DNA of 64,000 nucleotides from Candidatus Methanomethylicaceae archaeon (GTDB lineage Archaea; Thermoproteota; Methanomethylicia; Methanomethylicales; Methanomethylicaceae): NCBI GenBank assembly GCA_015660995.1, contig JACTUC010000002.1, positions 43,480 to 107,479 of the forward strand, read 5' to 3'. Shown piece by piece: positions 46,602 to 56,691 of this stretch (position 1 is its first letter; each line of letters starts with the position of its first letter). The notes under the pieces were generated by a model. It saw only the letters and a program-made list of their open reading frames with translations, ran no database searches and was not told where the DNA came from. The position numbers and the translations under genes were made by a program.

Positions 46602-48361
46602 TGGACGCAGCTTCACTCTCCAAGGTACTTTATGTTGATCTGGGCAGGAAGAGGAGCTGGGTGGAGGAGAAGCCACAGCTCTTCGAGAACACTCTTGGGG
46701 GGACTGGGGTTGGCATCAGGCTACTCCTTGAGGAGTGTCCCCAAGGCGCCAACCCGTTGGGCCCGGAGAACCCCATAATATTCTCCATCGGGTATCTGAA
46801 CGCAATCTTCCCGCTCGGTTCCAAGACAGTGGCCATGTTCAAATCCCCCCTGACCGGAAATCTGGGTGAAAGCCATGGGGGTGGAAGGTCCGGTGTTGCC
46901 CAACGGATGGCAGGGTACGGAGCCATGGTTATCAGGGGGAAGAGCGATGCCCCCGTCTACTTGGTAATAGACAGTGGGGGAGTTAAGATCAAGGACGCCT
47001 CGAGCCTCTGGGGGATGAATAGTAGCTCGACAGTGGGCAGGATAATAAGGGAGAATGAAGTTGGCGCAGGATCCAGGGCAATAATGAGAATAGGAAAGGC
47101 TGGGGAGAGGCTGATCTCCTACGCCTGCGTCATTACTGAGACCTATAGGCATTTCGGGAGGCTGGGCTTTGGCGCTGTTTTTGGGAGTAAGAGGCTTAAA
47201 GCGATCATGATCTCAGGCAGGGCAAGTTTCTCTCTCAAAGATCCAAAGCTCTACAGGGAGGCATACGATGACATCTTCAACACTGTAACAAAATCGCCCC
47301 TGATGAAGAAGTACCATGAGCTCGGTACACCCATGAACGTACTCTCCCTGAACATGGCAAGTAGTATCCCCACAAAGAACCTACAGAGCACCAAGTTCGA
47401 GGGTGCCGAGTCCCTCTCAGGTGAATCCCTCAGGGAGAAGTACCTCGGCAAGAGAGCCGCTTGTGCCCACTGCCCGGTGAGCTGCATACATATCGCAGCG
47501 CTCCGCGAGCCCTACGCGACCGAACCCTACTTCTACAAGACGAGGATGATCTCCTACGACTATGAGCCCATCTACTCCTTGGGATCAATGCTAGGGATAG
47601 CCTCGGTCGATGGCTATCTGAATCTGATGGACCGGGTCGAGGAGGTTGGCCTAGACGCCATGAGCACAGGAGTAGTACTCTCCTGGGCTACAGAGGCCAT
47701 GGAGAAGGGGCTCGTAGGCAACGACGAGACCAATGGGCTCTTGCTGAAATTTGGTGATTATAAGACATACATCGAGGCAGTAGAGAGGCTAGTCACCCCG
47801 CCAAACGATTTCTACAGGGCTCTTGGTAAAGGCGTGGTGTATGCCTCATCGATCTATGGCGGGAGGGACTTTGCGCTGGCCTTCGGGGGTAACGAGATGC
47901 CAGGCTACCACACGGGCTTGGCAGCCCACCTTGGCACCCTAGTGGGGGCAAGGCACAGCCACCTGGATGGAGCGGGGTATGCGATCGATCAAAAGGCGAC
48001 AGCGTCTGGAAAGACCCTCTCTCCTCAAGAAGCGGCGGAGGAGCTTTACAAAGAGGAGGTCTGGAGGCAGACCCTCTCGAGCCTTGTGGTCTGCTACTTC
48101 GCACGCAACATCTATACACCAGAGACTGTCGCAAGGTGCTTCAAGGCACTTGGGAAGAATCTGATGGTTGAGGAATTAAGCCAGATCGGGAGGCGAACTC
48201 TCAGAGCCAAATATGAATTCAAACTGAAGGAAGGCTTCTCATTTGGCGGGCTCACCCTTCCAAAGAGAATCATGGAAGTACCCACGCCTCAAGGCATAAT
48301 TAAGGAAGATGATTTAAGAGAAGGAATACGGGCTTTTGAAAGCCTCCTGAAAAAGACCTAG
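46598..48361 (+). CDS. Aldehyde:ferredoxin oxidoreductase family (tungsto-/molybdopterin) protein
   Basis: KSPLTG-x-x-GESH-x-GG, GAVFGSK-x-LKA, C-x-x-CPV-x-C, YDYE, D-x-x-GLD-x-x-STG; 4-nt overlap with the Fe-S subunit. Confidence 0.9.
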   Translation: MMDAASLSKVLYVDLGRKRSWVEEKPQLFENTLGGTGVGIRLLLEECPQGANPLGPENPIIFSIGYLNAIFPLGSKTVAMFKSPLTGNLGESHGGGRSGVAQRMAGYGAMVIRGKSDAPVYLVIDSGGVKIKDASSLWGMNSSSTVGRIIRENEVGAGSRAIMRIGKAGERLISYACVITETYRHFGRLGFGAVFGSKRLKAIMISGRASFSLKDPKLYREAYDDIFNTVTKSPLMKKYHELGTPMNVLSLNMASSIPTKNLQSTKFEGAESLSGESLREKYLGKRAACAHCPVSCIHIAALREPYATEPYFYKTRMISYDYEPIYSLGSMLGIASVDGYLNLMDRVEEVGLDAMSTGVVLSWATEAMEKGLVGNDETNGLLLKFGDYKTYIEAVERLVTPPNDFYRALGKGVVYASSIYGGRDFALAFGGNEMPGYHTGLAAHLGTLVGARHSHLDGAGYAIDQKATASGKTLSPQEAAEELYKEEVWRQTLSSLVVCYFARNIYTPETVARCFKALGKNLMVEELSQIGRRTLRAKYEFKLKEGFSFGGLTLPKRIMEVPTPQGIIKEDDLREGIRAFESLLKKT

Positions 48362-48395
48362 GTCAGCGTTAAAATGGATCATTGAGTTAGTAAAC

Positions 48396-49073
48396 ATGGC
48401 TGAAATAGTCGATGAGCCTATCTTTAGGAATAGGACTCGTGTGTTTGATGATCGCATTTATGCTGGTGAGCTTTTAGCCAAAAAGCTTCAGGAATATAAA
48501 TGCAAGAAGGATGCTTACATTCTTGCTATTCCGGCAGGCGGTGTGCAAGTAGCCTTCATAGTCTCAAAGAGACTGAAAATTCCTTTGGACCTCACCATCA
48601 CCAGAAAGTTGCACGTCCCATGGAACAGGGAAGTCGGTTTCGGGGCGGTATCGTGGGATGGGACAATATTCCTTAACGAGCCTCTCATCGCTTCCCTTGG
48701 ATTAACGAGGGATGACATAGATCGTTGCGTGGTGGAAGAAAAAGAAGTTATCAGAAGAAGATTGAAAAAGTTTAGGGGCGATAAACCCTTTCCCGATCTT
48801 AAGGATAAAACAGCAATCATCGTCGATGACGGATTGGCATCAGGCTTTTCAATGCTAACCACCTTGAAAACGATAGAACAAATGGGTGCGAAGGAAATAA
48901 TAGTCGCTGTTCCAACAGCCCCGATCAGCGCAATCAACCTCATAAGATCCTATGCAGATAAGGTTGTTTGCCTAAACATCAGATCAGGACCTGTCTTCGC
49001 TGTTGCTGTTGCATACAAAGAATGGTATGACTTAGAGGACGATGACGTAATGGACATTTTAAAACTTCGATAA
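48396..49073 (+). CDS. Type I phosphoribosyltransferase-family protein
   Basis: F-x-DR-x-x-AG-x-x-LA, AIPAGG, IIVDDGLASG PRPP loop. Confidence 0.85.
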   Translation: MAEIVDEPIFRNRTRVFDDRIYAGELLAKKLQEYKCKKDAYILAIPAGGVQVAFIVSKRLKIPLDLTITRKLHVPWNREVGFGAVSWDGTIFLNEPLIASLGLTRDDIDRCVVEEKEVIRRRLKKFRGDKPFPDLKDKTAIIVDDGLASGFSMLTTLKTIEQMGAKEIIVAVPTAPISAINLIRSYADKVVCLNIRSGPVFAVAVAYKEWYDLEDDDVMDILKLR

Positions 49074-49113
49074 ACCAAAGTTGACTATGACTAACTAGCT
49101 CTTTGTCCTACCT

Positions 49114-49155
49114 TCAACTATACGATAAAGGTCTTCTGGAGCCATGTCTTTGCCC
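49114..49155 (+). repeat. Dispersed repeat copy 4 (segment C)
   Basis: TCAACTATACGATAAAGGTCTT identical to copy 3, followed by GCCATG-x-CTTTGCCC. Confidence 0.88.
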
Positions 49156-49440
49156 GCGTTGGGTTTGGGATTAAAATTTAACCCCCACACAATTATTCTA
49201 CTACCTACTCTCTAGCTCCTACGCCCTTACTCTTCTATTCTATATCTCTCTCCCTTGCTCCATATCACGTATAGCGTATATCACTAAAAAATATCAGTGT
49301 TCGCTACCCCTATTTTGCAAAGTATGAATTCGTTTGTGAAGACAATATTCTTTTTGCTTTCTTAAACCTACTTCAATTAGGCTGAGTTTAACCGTGTTTT
49401 TATCAGAAGCTAGGATGAAGAAAAAAAGATGATGTTATTG

Positions 49441-49788
49441 CTAAACTGGTTTTGCCTGTTTGATAAGTGTATATACATCCTGCCCACTCATTACAGGGAA
49501 TGAACGTGCACATGTGCCTCCAAGTAATGCGTGTACTTCCGGTTCCATCGAAAAGGCCATAAAAGAGTCGAAGCTGGGTGCCTCAAATGTAATATAGGCT
49601 GTATGCATAGGATGGTCGGTCCACATGCTGACTTGTTTAACGCCATATTTTTTGGACAGCGCTTCGGCTTTTTCGAAATAATTCAAGTACATTTTCTGGT
49701 ATTTCGAGTTGAAGGCGGGGCAGGTTTCAGCGGTATGCTTGGAAATCATCATAAAATTCATTGGATTTGTCATTTCTAAAAACTCCAT
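49441..49788 (-). CDS. Small hypothetical protein, probable dimeric alpha+beta barrel (DUF3303/GYD-like)
   Basis: H-x-x-ETCP...H-x-AY-x-x-FEA-x-S pattern; AT-rich surroundings. Confidence 0.55.
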   Translation of the reverse strand: MEFLEMTNPMNFMMISKHTAETCPAFNSKYQKMYLNYFEKAEALSKKYGVKQVSMWTDHPMHTAYITFEAPSFDSFMAFSMEPEVHALLGGTCARSFPVMSGQDVYTLIKQAKPV

Positions 49789-49955
49789 GTCATTATATGT
49801 AAAGGGTTACTTATAAAGAAGTAGTTTTTTTTTAAAAAATCAATATTTTATATTTATAAATTTATTAATAGTTTATAGTTAAAATTAATACATTACCTAA
49901 AGAATATTTAGTTGAAATTTATAACGTAAAGTATTAGGAAATGTTAATTGTTCGG

Positions 49956-50014
49956 TCGTCCTCCTCATGAGGAAGGTGACATAAAGTACATAGTATTCTA
50001 TTTGTTCCTTTTAA
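49956..50014 (+). repeat. Dispersed repeat copy 5 (segment A)
   Basis: 52/59 identical to 45753..45811; contains the 12-bp palindrome TCCTCATGAGGA. Confidence 0.9.
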
Positions 50015-50043
50015 ATATCTCTTGCTTCGCTGCTGTTCGCCAT

Positions 50044-51204
50044 CTACCTGATCCTTATCTCGACGATATCGCCATCCATAAGGGTGTGATCTGCCCCCAC
50101 CCTTTCACCGTCGTACTTCACCGACTTGCCGTGGATCTTTGCATACTTGAAGTTCTTGTAAAGTTGGGAGTGGATGATTCTTGCGATGTCCAGAACCTTG
50201 GCTCCCTCATACATTATTATTGGCTTCTTTGCCACGTCCCCGCCAATCTCCTTGGTATAAATCCTGATTATCCCGAGAGATCTGAAGATCCTGGACCCAA
50301 GTTCCGAGAGGCTCATGCCGATCTTCGTTGAAACCGCCAGCGCCCCTCTGCTGAAAGCCGCTGAAAACCTATCTGCCGCTCCCGGGGCGAGATCAATTTT
50401 GTTGATGAGCACAAGCGCAGGCTTGTACATTCTGGTCTGGTCCATGGCCTCGATCAGGTCATCAAGTGCCACATCACCCCAGACCCTCACTACTGCGTTC
50501 CGTAGTCCGTAATCTTTAAGCGTCCTGTCGATCTCCTCTACCCTGCACGTGATCCTCCCCGTGCAAGCTATCTGTATCCCCCCGCCCGTTGTCCTTTCGA
50601 TCTCGATCTTCCTCACCTTCTTATCTATCGTTATACCTGCGGCTGTAAGCTCGTTGGCAATCGTCCTGAACTGGTTAATGGCGTCCCTGGCGTCCAGCAC
50701 TATCAGCAGCCCGTCAGCGTTGCGCGCAATGCTCAGCAGCTGCGCCCCCCAGGAACCATTGCGAACCCCTTCGTAGATAGCGGGGGTGTCCACCAGCTGG
50801 AATTGTATGTCCTCGAATTGCATCATCCCAGGCACTGGTTCGAGGGTCGTGAACTTGTGGTTCCCCACATCGGTCTTGGCGTTTGTGAGGCTCATTAGCA
50901 GGGTGCTCTTGCCGGAGCCTGTCATACCCAGCATGACAACTTGGGCGGCCCCCTCCTTCCTCACCGAGAACCCCCCGCCCCCGCTGCTGCCCGCCTTCCT
51001 CTTCCTCTGATCCTCCAGCTCCTCCTTCAGCTGTGCGAGTCTCCTGCGGAGGTACCCCCTCATCTTCTCATTGCCTTTATGCTCGGGGATGGTTGATATG
51101 AACTCCTGCAGGTACTTGATCCGCTCCGGGAGCGTCTTTGCCTCAATGTACCTCCTCTCAGCGGCTCTGGACTGCGGGGGTAGATTGGCGGGCAATGATT
51201 GCAC
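50044..51204 (-). CDS. DRG/OBG-family GTPase with TGS domain
   Basis: IPEHKG, GMTGSGKS, FTT, DTP, NKID, RIYTK, V-x-x-DH-x-L-x-DGD. Confidence 0.92.
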   Translation of the reverse strand: MQSLPANLPPQSRAAERRYIEAKTLPERIKYLQEFISTIPEHKGNEKMRGYLRRRLAQLKEELEDQRKRKAGSSGGGGFSVRKEGAAQVVMLGMTGSGKSTLLMSLTNAKTDVGNHKFTTLEPVPGMMQFEDIQFQLVDTPAIYEGVRNGSWGAQLLSIARNADGLLIVLDARDAINQFRTIANELTAAGITIDKKVRKIEIERTTGGGIQIACTGRITCRVEEIDRTLKDYGLRNAVVRVWGDVALDDLIEAMDQTRMYKPALVLINKIDLAPGAADRFSAAFSRGALAVSTKIGMSLSELGSRIFRSLGIIRIYTKEIGGDVAKKPIIMYEGAKVLDIARIIHSQLYKNFKYAKIHGKSVKYDGERVGADHTLMDGDIVEIRIR

Positions 51205-51262
51205 CCAGAGATCTTCAAGCTACGAGGTAATTAATAATAGTAAGGTTCAGCGCCCGAGCAGC

Positions 51263-52219
51263 CTATTTTCTCTGCGCGTTGTATACCATCCTCGCCACCC
51301 TGACTGCCCTGTCGGCGAGTTTGCTGGCGCTCTCGTCAAAGAAGTACGAGTTGGGCTCGATTCCGAACCCCCCCTCATCCATTATCACAGAGAGCCCCTT
51401 TTCCTTCGAGAACGACTTCTCTGCGAAGCGGAAGATCTCGTCTTCTCTGCCCCCATAGTCCGGGTCTCTGCGGAGGGTTGCATGCTTCAAGTTTAACCTT
51501 TTCACTGCGCCAAGCACCCCCTCGTTGCACTTCAGGTTGGCCACTGCCCTGATGTCTGGGTTGTGCTTCATTACGCCGATCAGCAGCCTCGCCAAGTGGC
51601 TTGATACACCGAACTCTGGATCCATCAGCGCCTTCACCTTCCCCCTCACCTTAACGAGCCTGCCAGGTATGCCTGCCACATCAGCTATGCCCTTTGCATC
51701 CTTCAGCCCCATGACCATATTCGTGAAGACCTCGGGTACAACCTCGCTAAACTCCGGCGTGCTCTCGAGAAGTGAGACTGCGCACCTGAGCTCGCCGAGG
51801 ATCAGCCTCCTCTCGTCTGAGATGTCAGCGAGGCTCATATGAAGCTGCATGCATATGGTGCACTTCTCCTCCTCGAGCTCTGGCACTTTCATCTTGTGTG
51901 CGTTGCATATTGCTCCTCCCCTCCTAAGGCTGAGGCAGATCTCACACACATTATTAATCAAATCAGCATGGTTGAGCTTCTTCATAACCATCTCAGAGGT
52001 CAGGCTCTTCGCTATAGTGCCTAACTCCTCGCTGCTGAATAGTGGTGTTGCAATATCTACCTCTTGCGTGAGGTAGCCACTGACCGCTGCCTGTGTAACC
52101 CCCAGTTTCTTTGCAATCTTTGTCTGAGTCCAACCGTAGTTCTCTGAAAGCTGGCGCGCCACCATTATCCTGAGTGCCGGGAGCAGGATTCTTACGGTCA
52201 GTTCGCAGGGTGGGTTCAA
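51263..52219 (-). CDS. ThiR-like regulator (HTH plus ThiN-like domain)
   Basis: N-terminal PCE...TQAAVS HTH; C-terminal PEV-x-x-N...VAG-x-PGR...FG-x-S-x-H-x-A; divergent from thiDN. Confidence 0.8.
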   Translation of the reverse strand: MNPPCELTVRILLPALRIMVARQLSENYGWTQTKIAKKLGVTQAAVSGYLTQEVDIATPLFSSEELGTIAKSLTSEMVMKKLNHADLINNVCEICLSLRRGGAICNAHKMKVPELEEEKCTICMQLHMSLADISDERRLILGELRCAVSLLESTPEFSEVVPEVFTNMVMGLKDAKGIADVAGIPGRLVKVRGKVKALMDPEFGVSSHLARLLIGVMKHNPDIRAVANLKCNEGVLGAVKRLNLKHATLRRDPDYGGREDEIFRFAEKSFSKEKGLSVIMDEGGFGIEPNSYFFDESASKLADRAVRVARMVYNAQRK

Positions 52220-52276
52220 TGCACATCAACCATAACTTAGTTATTATAATCATTATATCCCTATAAATCTATAGCC

Positions 52277-53713
52277 ATGAGGAGGGGGGCTGTCACGAAA
52301 CAACTCTTATATCAAAACGCTGTCAATAGAACCCCGGTGAAGCTTTTGTCCAAGGGAATCCCTAAAGTCCTCACCGTGGCAGGCTCTGATTCAGGGGGCG
52401 GGGCAGGCATAGAGGCAGACCTCAAAACCTTTGCAGCTTTGGGCGTTCATGGGCTCGTCGCCATAACAGCTGTTACAGCCCAGAACACCATTGGTGTGCT
52501 TGGCGTATGCGAGATTCCACCCCGTATGGTAAGGCTCCAGATCGACGCAGTGGTCAGGGACATCGGGGTGGACGCCGCGAAGACTGGAATGCTATCCTCC
52601 TCCGCCATAGTCAAGGAAGTCGCTTCTGCCGCCAAGCGGCACAAGCTAAGGCTGGTTGTTGACCCGGTGATGGTCTCAAAGTCCGGAGCGAGCCTCCTGC
52701 GGTCAGATGCAATCGAGTCGCTCATATCCTGCCTTCTCCCCCTGGCAGAGGTAGTCACACCCAACCTTGACGAGGCAGAGGCGCTGACAGGTTCCAAGGT
52801 AAGATCTGTGGAGGCATGCAGGAGGGCTGGGTTAAGGATCCTCGACATGGGCCCCAAAGCGGTCGTAATTAAAGGAGGACATCTCAAAGGCGATGCAATC
52901 GACGTGCTCTGCCAGAGGGGAAGATCACCCATCGAATTTCAGGGACCGAGGATAGACTCAGCAACGACACATGGGACAGGCTGCACGTTCTCATCAGCCA
53001 TTGCTGCGTTCCTCGCGAAGGGAGTGCCCCTAGAGGAGGCTGTAGTACGGGCTAAGGACTTCGTAGGCAATGCCATCCGTTACGGCTTAGCCGTGGGCAA
53101 GGGCACGGGTCCAGTGGACCCGACGAGTAACCTTCAAATTGATGCCGAAAAATACAGGGTGACCCAACTTATGCAGGATGCAATCTCGATCATTGAATCT
53201 TCCAACGCCATATCAGCCCTCACCCCCGAGTGCCAGATAAACATCGTTATGGCCCTCCCGAAGCCTTACGCATTGAACACTGAATCCGTCTGCGGCGTTC
53301 CAGGGAGGTTCCACAACATTGGCGGTAAGCTCAGGGTTGCGTCCTGCCCCGCCTTCGGAGCCTCAAATCACGTTGCAAGGGCGGTGCTAGCTGCTATGGA
53401 CTTCGACCCTGAGATGCGAGCAGCCATGAATATGCGCTGCTCCAAGGAGATCCTTTCTGCTTGCCAGAGGCTGGGGTTTTCAGTCGGGTCTTACGACAGG
53501 ATAAAGGAGCCTACGAAGATAAAGGCAGAGGAAGGCGCGACAATCCCCTGGGGCATCCGCGAAGCCGCCGAGAGATTGGGCGCCGTGCCTGATCTCATTT
53601 ACCATGGGGGCGACTGGGGGAAGGAACCAATGATAACGCTGTTCGGCAGGGATCCCGTCGAAGTTGCTATGAAAGCCCTCAAAATTAGCCATGCTACGGC
53701 GAATGTGCGCTAG
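52277..53713 (+). CDS. thiDN: Bifunctional HMP/HMP-P kinase (ThiD) - thiamine-phosphate synthase (ThiN)
   Basis: AGSDSGGGAGIEADLK, TPNLDEA, HGTGC; C-terminal FGAS-x-HVAR...GWGKEP. Confidence 0.92.
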   Translation: MRRGAVTKQLLYQNAVNRTPVKLLSKGIPKVLTVAGSDSGGGAGIEADLKTFAALGVHGLVAITAVTAQNTIGVLGVCEIPPRMVRLQIDAVVRDIGVDAAKTGMLSSSAIVKEVASAAKRHKLRLVVDPVMVSKSGASLLRSDAIESLISCLLPLAEVVTPNLDEAEALTGSKVRSVEACRRAGLRILDMGPKAVVIKGGHLKGDAIDVLCQRGRSPIEFQGPRIDSATTHGTGCTFSSAIAAFLAKGVPLEEAVVRAKDFVGNAIRYGLAVGKGTGPVDPTSNLQIDAEKYRVTQLMQDAISIIESSNAISALTPECQINIVMALPKPYALNTESVCGVPGRFHNIGGKLRVASCPAFGASNHVARAVLAAMDFDPEMRAAMNMRCSKEILSACQRLGFSVGSYDRIKEPTKIKAEEGATIPWGIREAAERLGAVPDLIYHGGDWGKEPMITLFGRDPVEVAMKALKISHATANVR

Positions 53714-54261
53714 CCCTGCCCTCCACCATACCACGAGTACATGGTCATTACCTTAACCTTTAGTGATTCAAAAAACCCGTTCCTCAGCTCGTCCACAAAG
53801 GTATTGAGCTTGAAGAGGGGCACAACTAGGACTCCTGCGTTCTCGGAGATCCTCTCCTGATATAGGGTAACTAACATGGGGATGGCTGTAACCTCCCCCC
53901 AGTCCTGAACATTCATCGCTGGGAACTCTTGGAGCTTCCCGCTGAGCTCAACTGTCCTATTAAGGTGCGCGAGTGCAGCCGCCCTAAGCGCGGAGTTCTT
54001 GCCGACCCTTATGCCCCAGTGCTTGCAGTCAACCACAACTGCGCGGGGCCTCTCAAGAGCAATAACATCTACCTCGTACCGTCTCTTCTTCGATGAGAAC
54101 CTGAAGTTCCTGAAAGTCCTAAACCCGTTCGCCGAGAAGACCTCCGCGACAAGGCCCTCAAAATCCTTCCAGTCCAATTCCTTAGTGAGCTCCTCTATCC
54201 CAGCGCCTCCCTTCATCTTCGTTTTCAGATCCTCTAGCGAGATCCTACCGCTGTCCGCCAC
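53710..54261 (-). CDS. PD-(D/E)xK endonuclease-like protein (Mrr/NERD-like)
   Basis: W-x-x-FE...EVDVIA...VDCKHW. Confidence 0.75.
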   Translation of the reverse strand: MADSGRISLEDLKTKMKGGAGIEELTKELDWKDFEGLVAEVFSANGFRTFRNFRFSSKKRRYEVDVIALERPRAVVVDCKHWGIRVGKNSALRAAALAHLNRTVELSGKLQEFPAMNVQDWGEVTAIPMLVTLYQERISENAGVLVVPLFKLNTFVDELRNGFFESLKVKVMTMYSWYGGGQG

Positions 54262-54273
54262 TCAACATCCCTC

Positions 54274-55059
54274 TCAATACACCTTGGCAATAGGAGGCAT
54301 CTTCAGTTTGTGGGCGTTAATCTCGATCATCTTCAGTATCTTTTCCACCTTTGGTCTGCTCGCTGGTCCCAATTCTTCGACGATCCTCGCAGATCCATGG
54401 CCAAGGTCAATGCTGAGGCGAAGTATTCTGTCCACCTCTTCATAGTTGAGGCCTAGCTCGTCCTCTGCAACTTGGCCTAGCCAGAGGCGGGGGCTGCTCT
54501 TCTTATGAGCGATCCTCTCAGGTACTCCAAGGTGCCTAGCAAGCTCCCTTACCTGAGTCTTGTAAAGACCTCCAATTGGAAGGATATCAACACCCCCATC
54601 GCCATATTTGGTGAAGTAACCGATCATCAGTTCGCTCCTGTCCCCGCTACCTACCACAATCCTCCCCTCGAGGTTTGCATAGAAATATAGCAGGATCATC
54701 CTCAACCTTGCCTTGACATTCCCCTCGCAGACATTGTCCCTGCATCCACCTGCTGCCTCGAAGATGCTCTTCGTTGGTAATGTGATATCTATCCTCTTGT
54801 AATCGATGCCAAGATCCTCCGCAAAATCAATGGCATCCCGCGTATCCGTGCTGGGGGTCGAGCTTGCTTCTGGCATTATGAGCGCAAGCACCCTGTCCCT
54901 CCCCAGTGCTCTTGCTGATAGTGCTGCAATGGTTGCCGAGTCAATACCGCCGCTGAGCCCCAGAACCACGCCGCTGCCCTTAACCTCGTGCCTTATGAAT
55001 TCGCAGATCCTATCCTCTGCCTTTCCGCAGTCAAACTTAGGCAGTTCGAAGTTCTTCAT
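54274..55059 (-). CDS. nadE: NH3-dependent NAD+ synthetase
   Basis: LSGGIDS, GN-x-KAR-x-RM, GYFTKYGDG, LYKTQV. Confidence 0.95.
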   Translation of the reverse strand: MKNFELPKFDCGKAEDRICEFIRHEVKGSGVVLGLSGGIDSATIAALSARALGRDRVLALIMPEASSTPSTDTRDAIDFAEDLGIDYKRIDITLPTKSIFEAAGGCRDNVCEGNVKARLRMILLYFYANLEGRIVVGSGDRSELMIGYFTKYGDGGVDILPIGGLYKTQVRELARHLGVPERIAHKKSSPRLWLGQVAEDELGLNYEEVDRILRLSIDLGHGSARIVEELGPASRPKVEKILKMIEINAHKLKMPPIAKVY

Positions 55060-55139
55060 AAGAATCCTCTTAGGAAATATCCACTAGAATATATAAAAGC
55101 TTAAATTGCTCTGTCAATCCATCTTAACTAATAGGAGTC

Positions 55140-55442
55140 ATGGAAATGGCATCCAAAGATCAAGGAATAGGCGCAGTAATATTGATCGTTTCCGTCGCCC
55201 TGATAATCTTCTATATATGGTGGCTCTTCCTCTCACCAGCTGATTGGTACATCGGGGCGTGGCAGTTCAGGCAACTAGCGCTGATAGTACCCGTTCTGCT
55301 TCTGGTTCTTGGCGTACTTGGTATAGCCGCCTGGATAGGGTACACCATGGCGACAACGCCGCCCCCAAAGCCATTGGAGGAGATCCCTGAGTTGAACGAG
55401 CAGGGTGAGAAGAAAGAGACTCCGCCGGCTGGGACTCAGTAA
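55140..55442 (+). CDS. Small two-TM membrane protein
   Basis: Two hydrophobic helices, WIG-x-TMATTPPPKP tail typical of a conserved archaeal family. Confidence 0.7.
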   Translation: MEMASKDQGIGAVILIVSVALIIFYIWWLFLSPADWYIGAWQFRQLALIVPVLLLVLGVLGIAAWIGYTMATTPPPKPLEEIPELNEQGEKKETPPAGTQ

Positions 55443-55963
55443 ACCCATCCCTCCTCATTTTTCAGAACTGCAAACAGCGTATATTCAATCGCCAGATGGA
55501 GTTATGCTCAATCAGGAGCAATTGATGATCTCTGCAATGAGTAATCAAATAACCACCAAGATCATTGCAGTTGTAGAAGAAATTGCAGGCATTCTTTACG
55601 TTCTTAGCCTTATTGCCTTCCCATCCATAGATTTGACCATGGGTGTTAGGGCTACATGGCTTTCTTGATTTTTTTGATAGCATGTGGCCTATAAAAGACT
55701 AAGAAATGGGCGTGTTGCCTTCATTCCTGCTCTCAATTCTTGGGCTCATGTCTAGCATTCAGGTCCTGCTGACTCTTGCTGTTTCTGGCTCTGTGCTGCT
55801 TCAAACAACCCCCACGCCTATCATCGACTTGATGGTTGTATTAATCTTGTTGACCAAAGGTGTCAGATCAAAATTCTTCAAATGACCACTAGTCGCTGCC
55901 TTCTTCTTACCCAACCTAAAAGCTTAAATCCGAAACAAAAAAACACCACTGTAGGCGCAAACC

Positions 55964-56608
55964 ATGATCGAGGCCAGCCTCCCATTCTTCACGGATTTTT
56001 CGCTCCTCGCCATGCAGATCTTGATAATAACTGGACAGATCTTTGCCATACTAAATCCCTTCAGCGTGCTTCCTACGTATCTCTCGCTGACGGATGATAT
56101 GGAGCCTGACGAGCGGCACCGCATAGTTAGGAACTCCTCCATAGCCGTCCTAATCATAGCTGTGGCACTGGCCGTTGGCGGCAACTACATACTCAGCTTC
56201 TTTCAGGTCGGAATACCTGCCCTCCAGGTCGGCGGAGGGATACTGCTTATGAGCATTGCCATAGAGATGCTAGGTGGTCTTCCGAGGACCAAGACTTTGG
56301 ATTCGCGGGAGGAGGTGGCCATAGTGCCAATAGCAACACCATTGCTTGTGGGCCCTGGTACCATGACGACAATTATCGTGCTTTCCGCTTCAGTCTCAAT
56401 CTTGCTATTATTGATCAGCGTCGTTATCGTCACGTTTCTTACGTACCTCCTCCTTCGATACTCTGAATTACTCGTGAGGGTTCTAGGTAACAATGGTATC
56501 AGAGCTTTGGGTCGTTTCATGACCATAATTATCGCAGCCTTTGCAGCGCAGCTGATCTTCGCTGGGGTAAGCCAATGGCTCAAGATATGGGGTATTCTAC
56601 CTGTCTGA
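55964..56608 (+). CDS. MarC-family membrane protein
   Basis: ILNP...P-x-ATPLLVGPG, R-x-M-x-I-x-x-AA; six TM helices. Confidence 0.9.
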   Translation: MIEASLPFFTDFSLLAMQILIITGQIFAILNPFSVLPTYLSLTDDMEPDERHRIVRNSSIAVLIIAVALAVGGNYILSFFQVGIPALQVGGGILLMSIAIEMLGGLPRTKTLDSREEVAIVPIATPLLVGPGTMTTIIVLSASVSILLLLISVVIVTFLTYLLLRYSELLVRVLGNNGIRALGRFMTIIIAAFAAQLIFAGVSQWLKIWGILPV

Positions 56609-56691
56609 GCAATCAGAAAAAGGTGGCTGAATTCTCTGTCCGCCTTGATCTACAATTGCTACAGTTCTTTCTGCAATCCTAAGAATAGGAG

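Noticed and set aside
49160-49440. Purine/pyrimidine-skewed non-coding tract with short TATCAC repeats (possible origin or iterons)
   Set aside because: No regular iteron spacing, ORB box or rep gene could be identified
42868-50014. Repeats as a CRISPR array
   Set aside because: Spacing is hundreds to thousands of bp and irregular, repeat lengths vary, and no intact cas genes are present
55445-55960. Short ORFs between the membrane protein and marC
   Set aside because: Multiple in-frame stops and no recognisable motif; probably decayed sequence, no call possible
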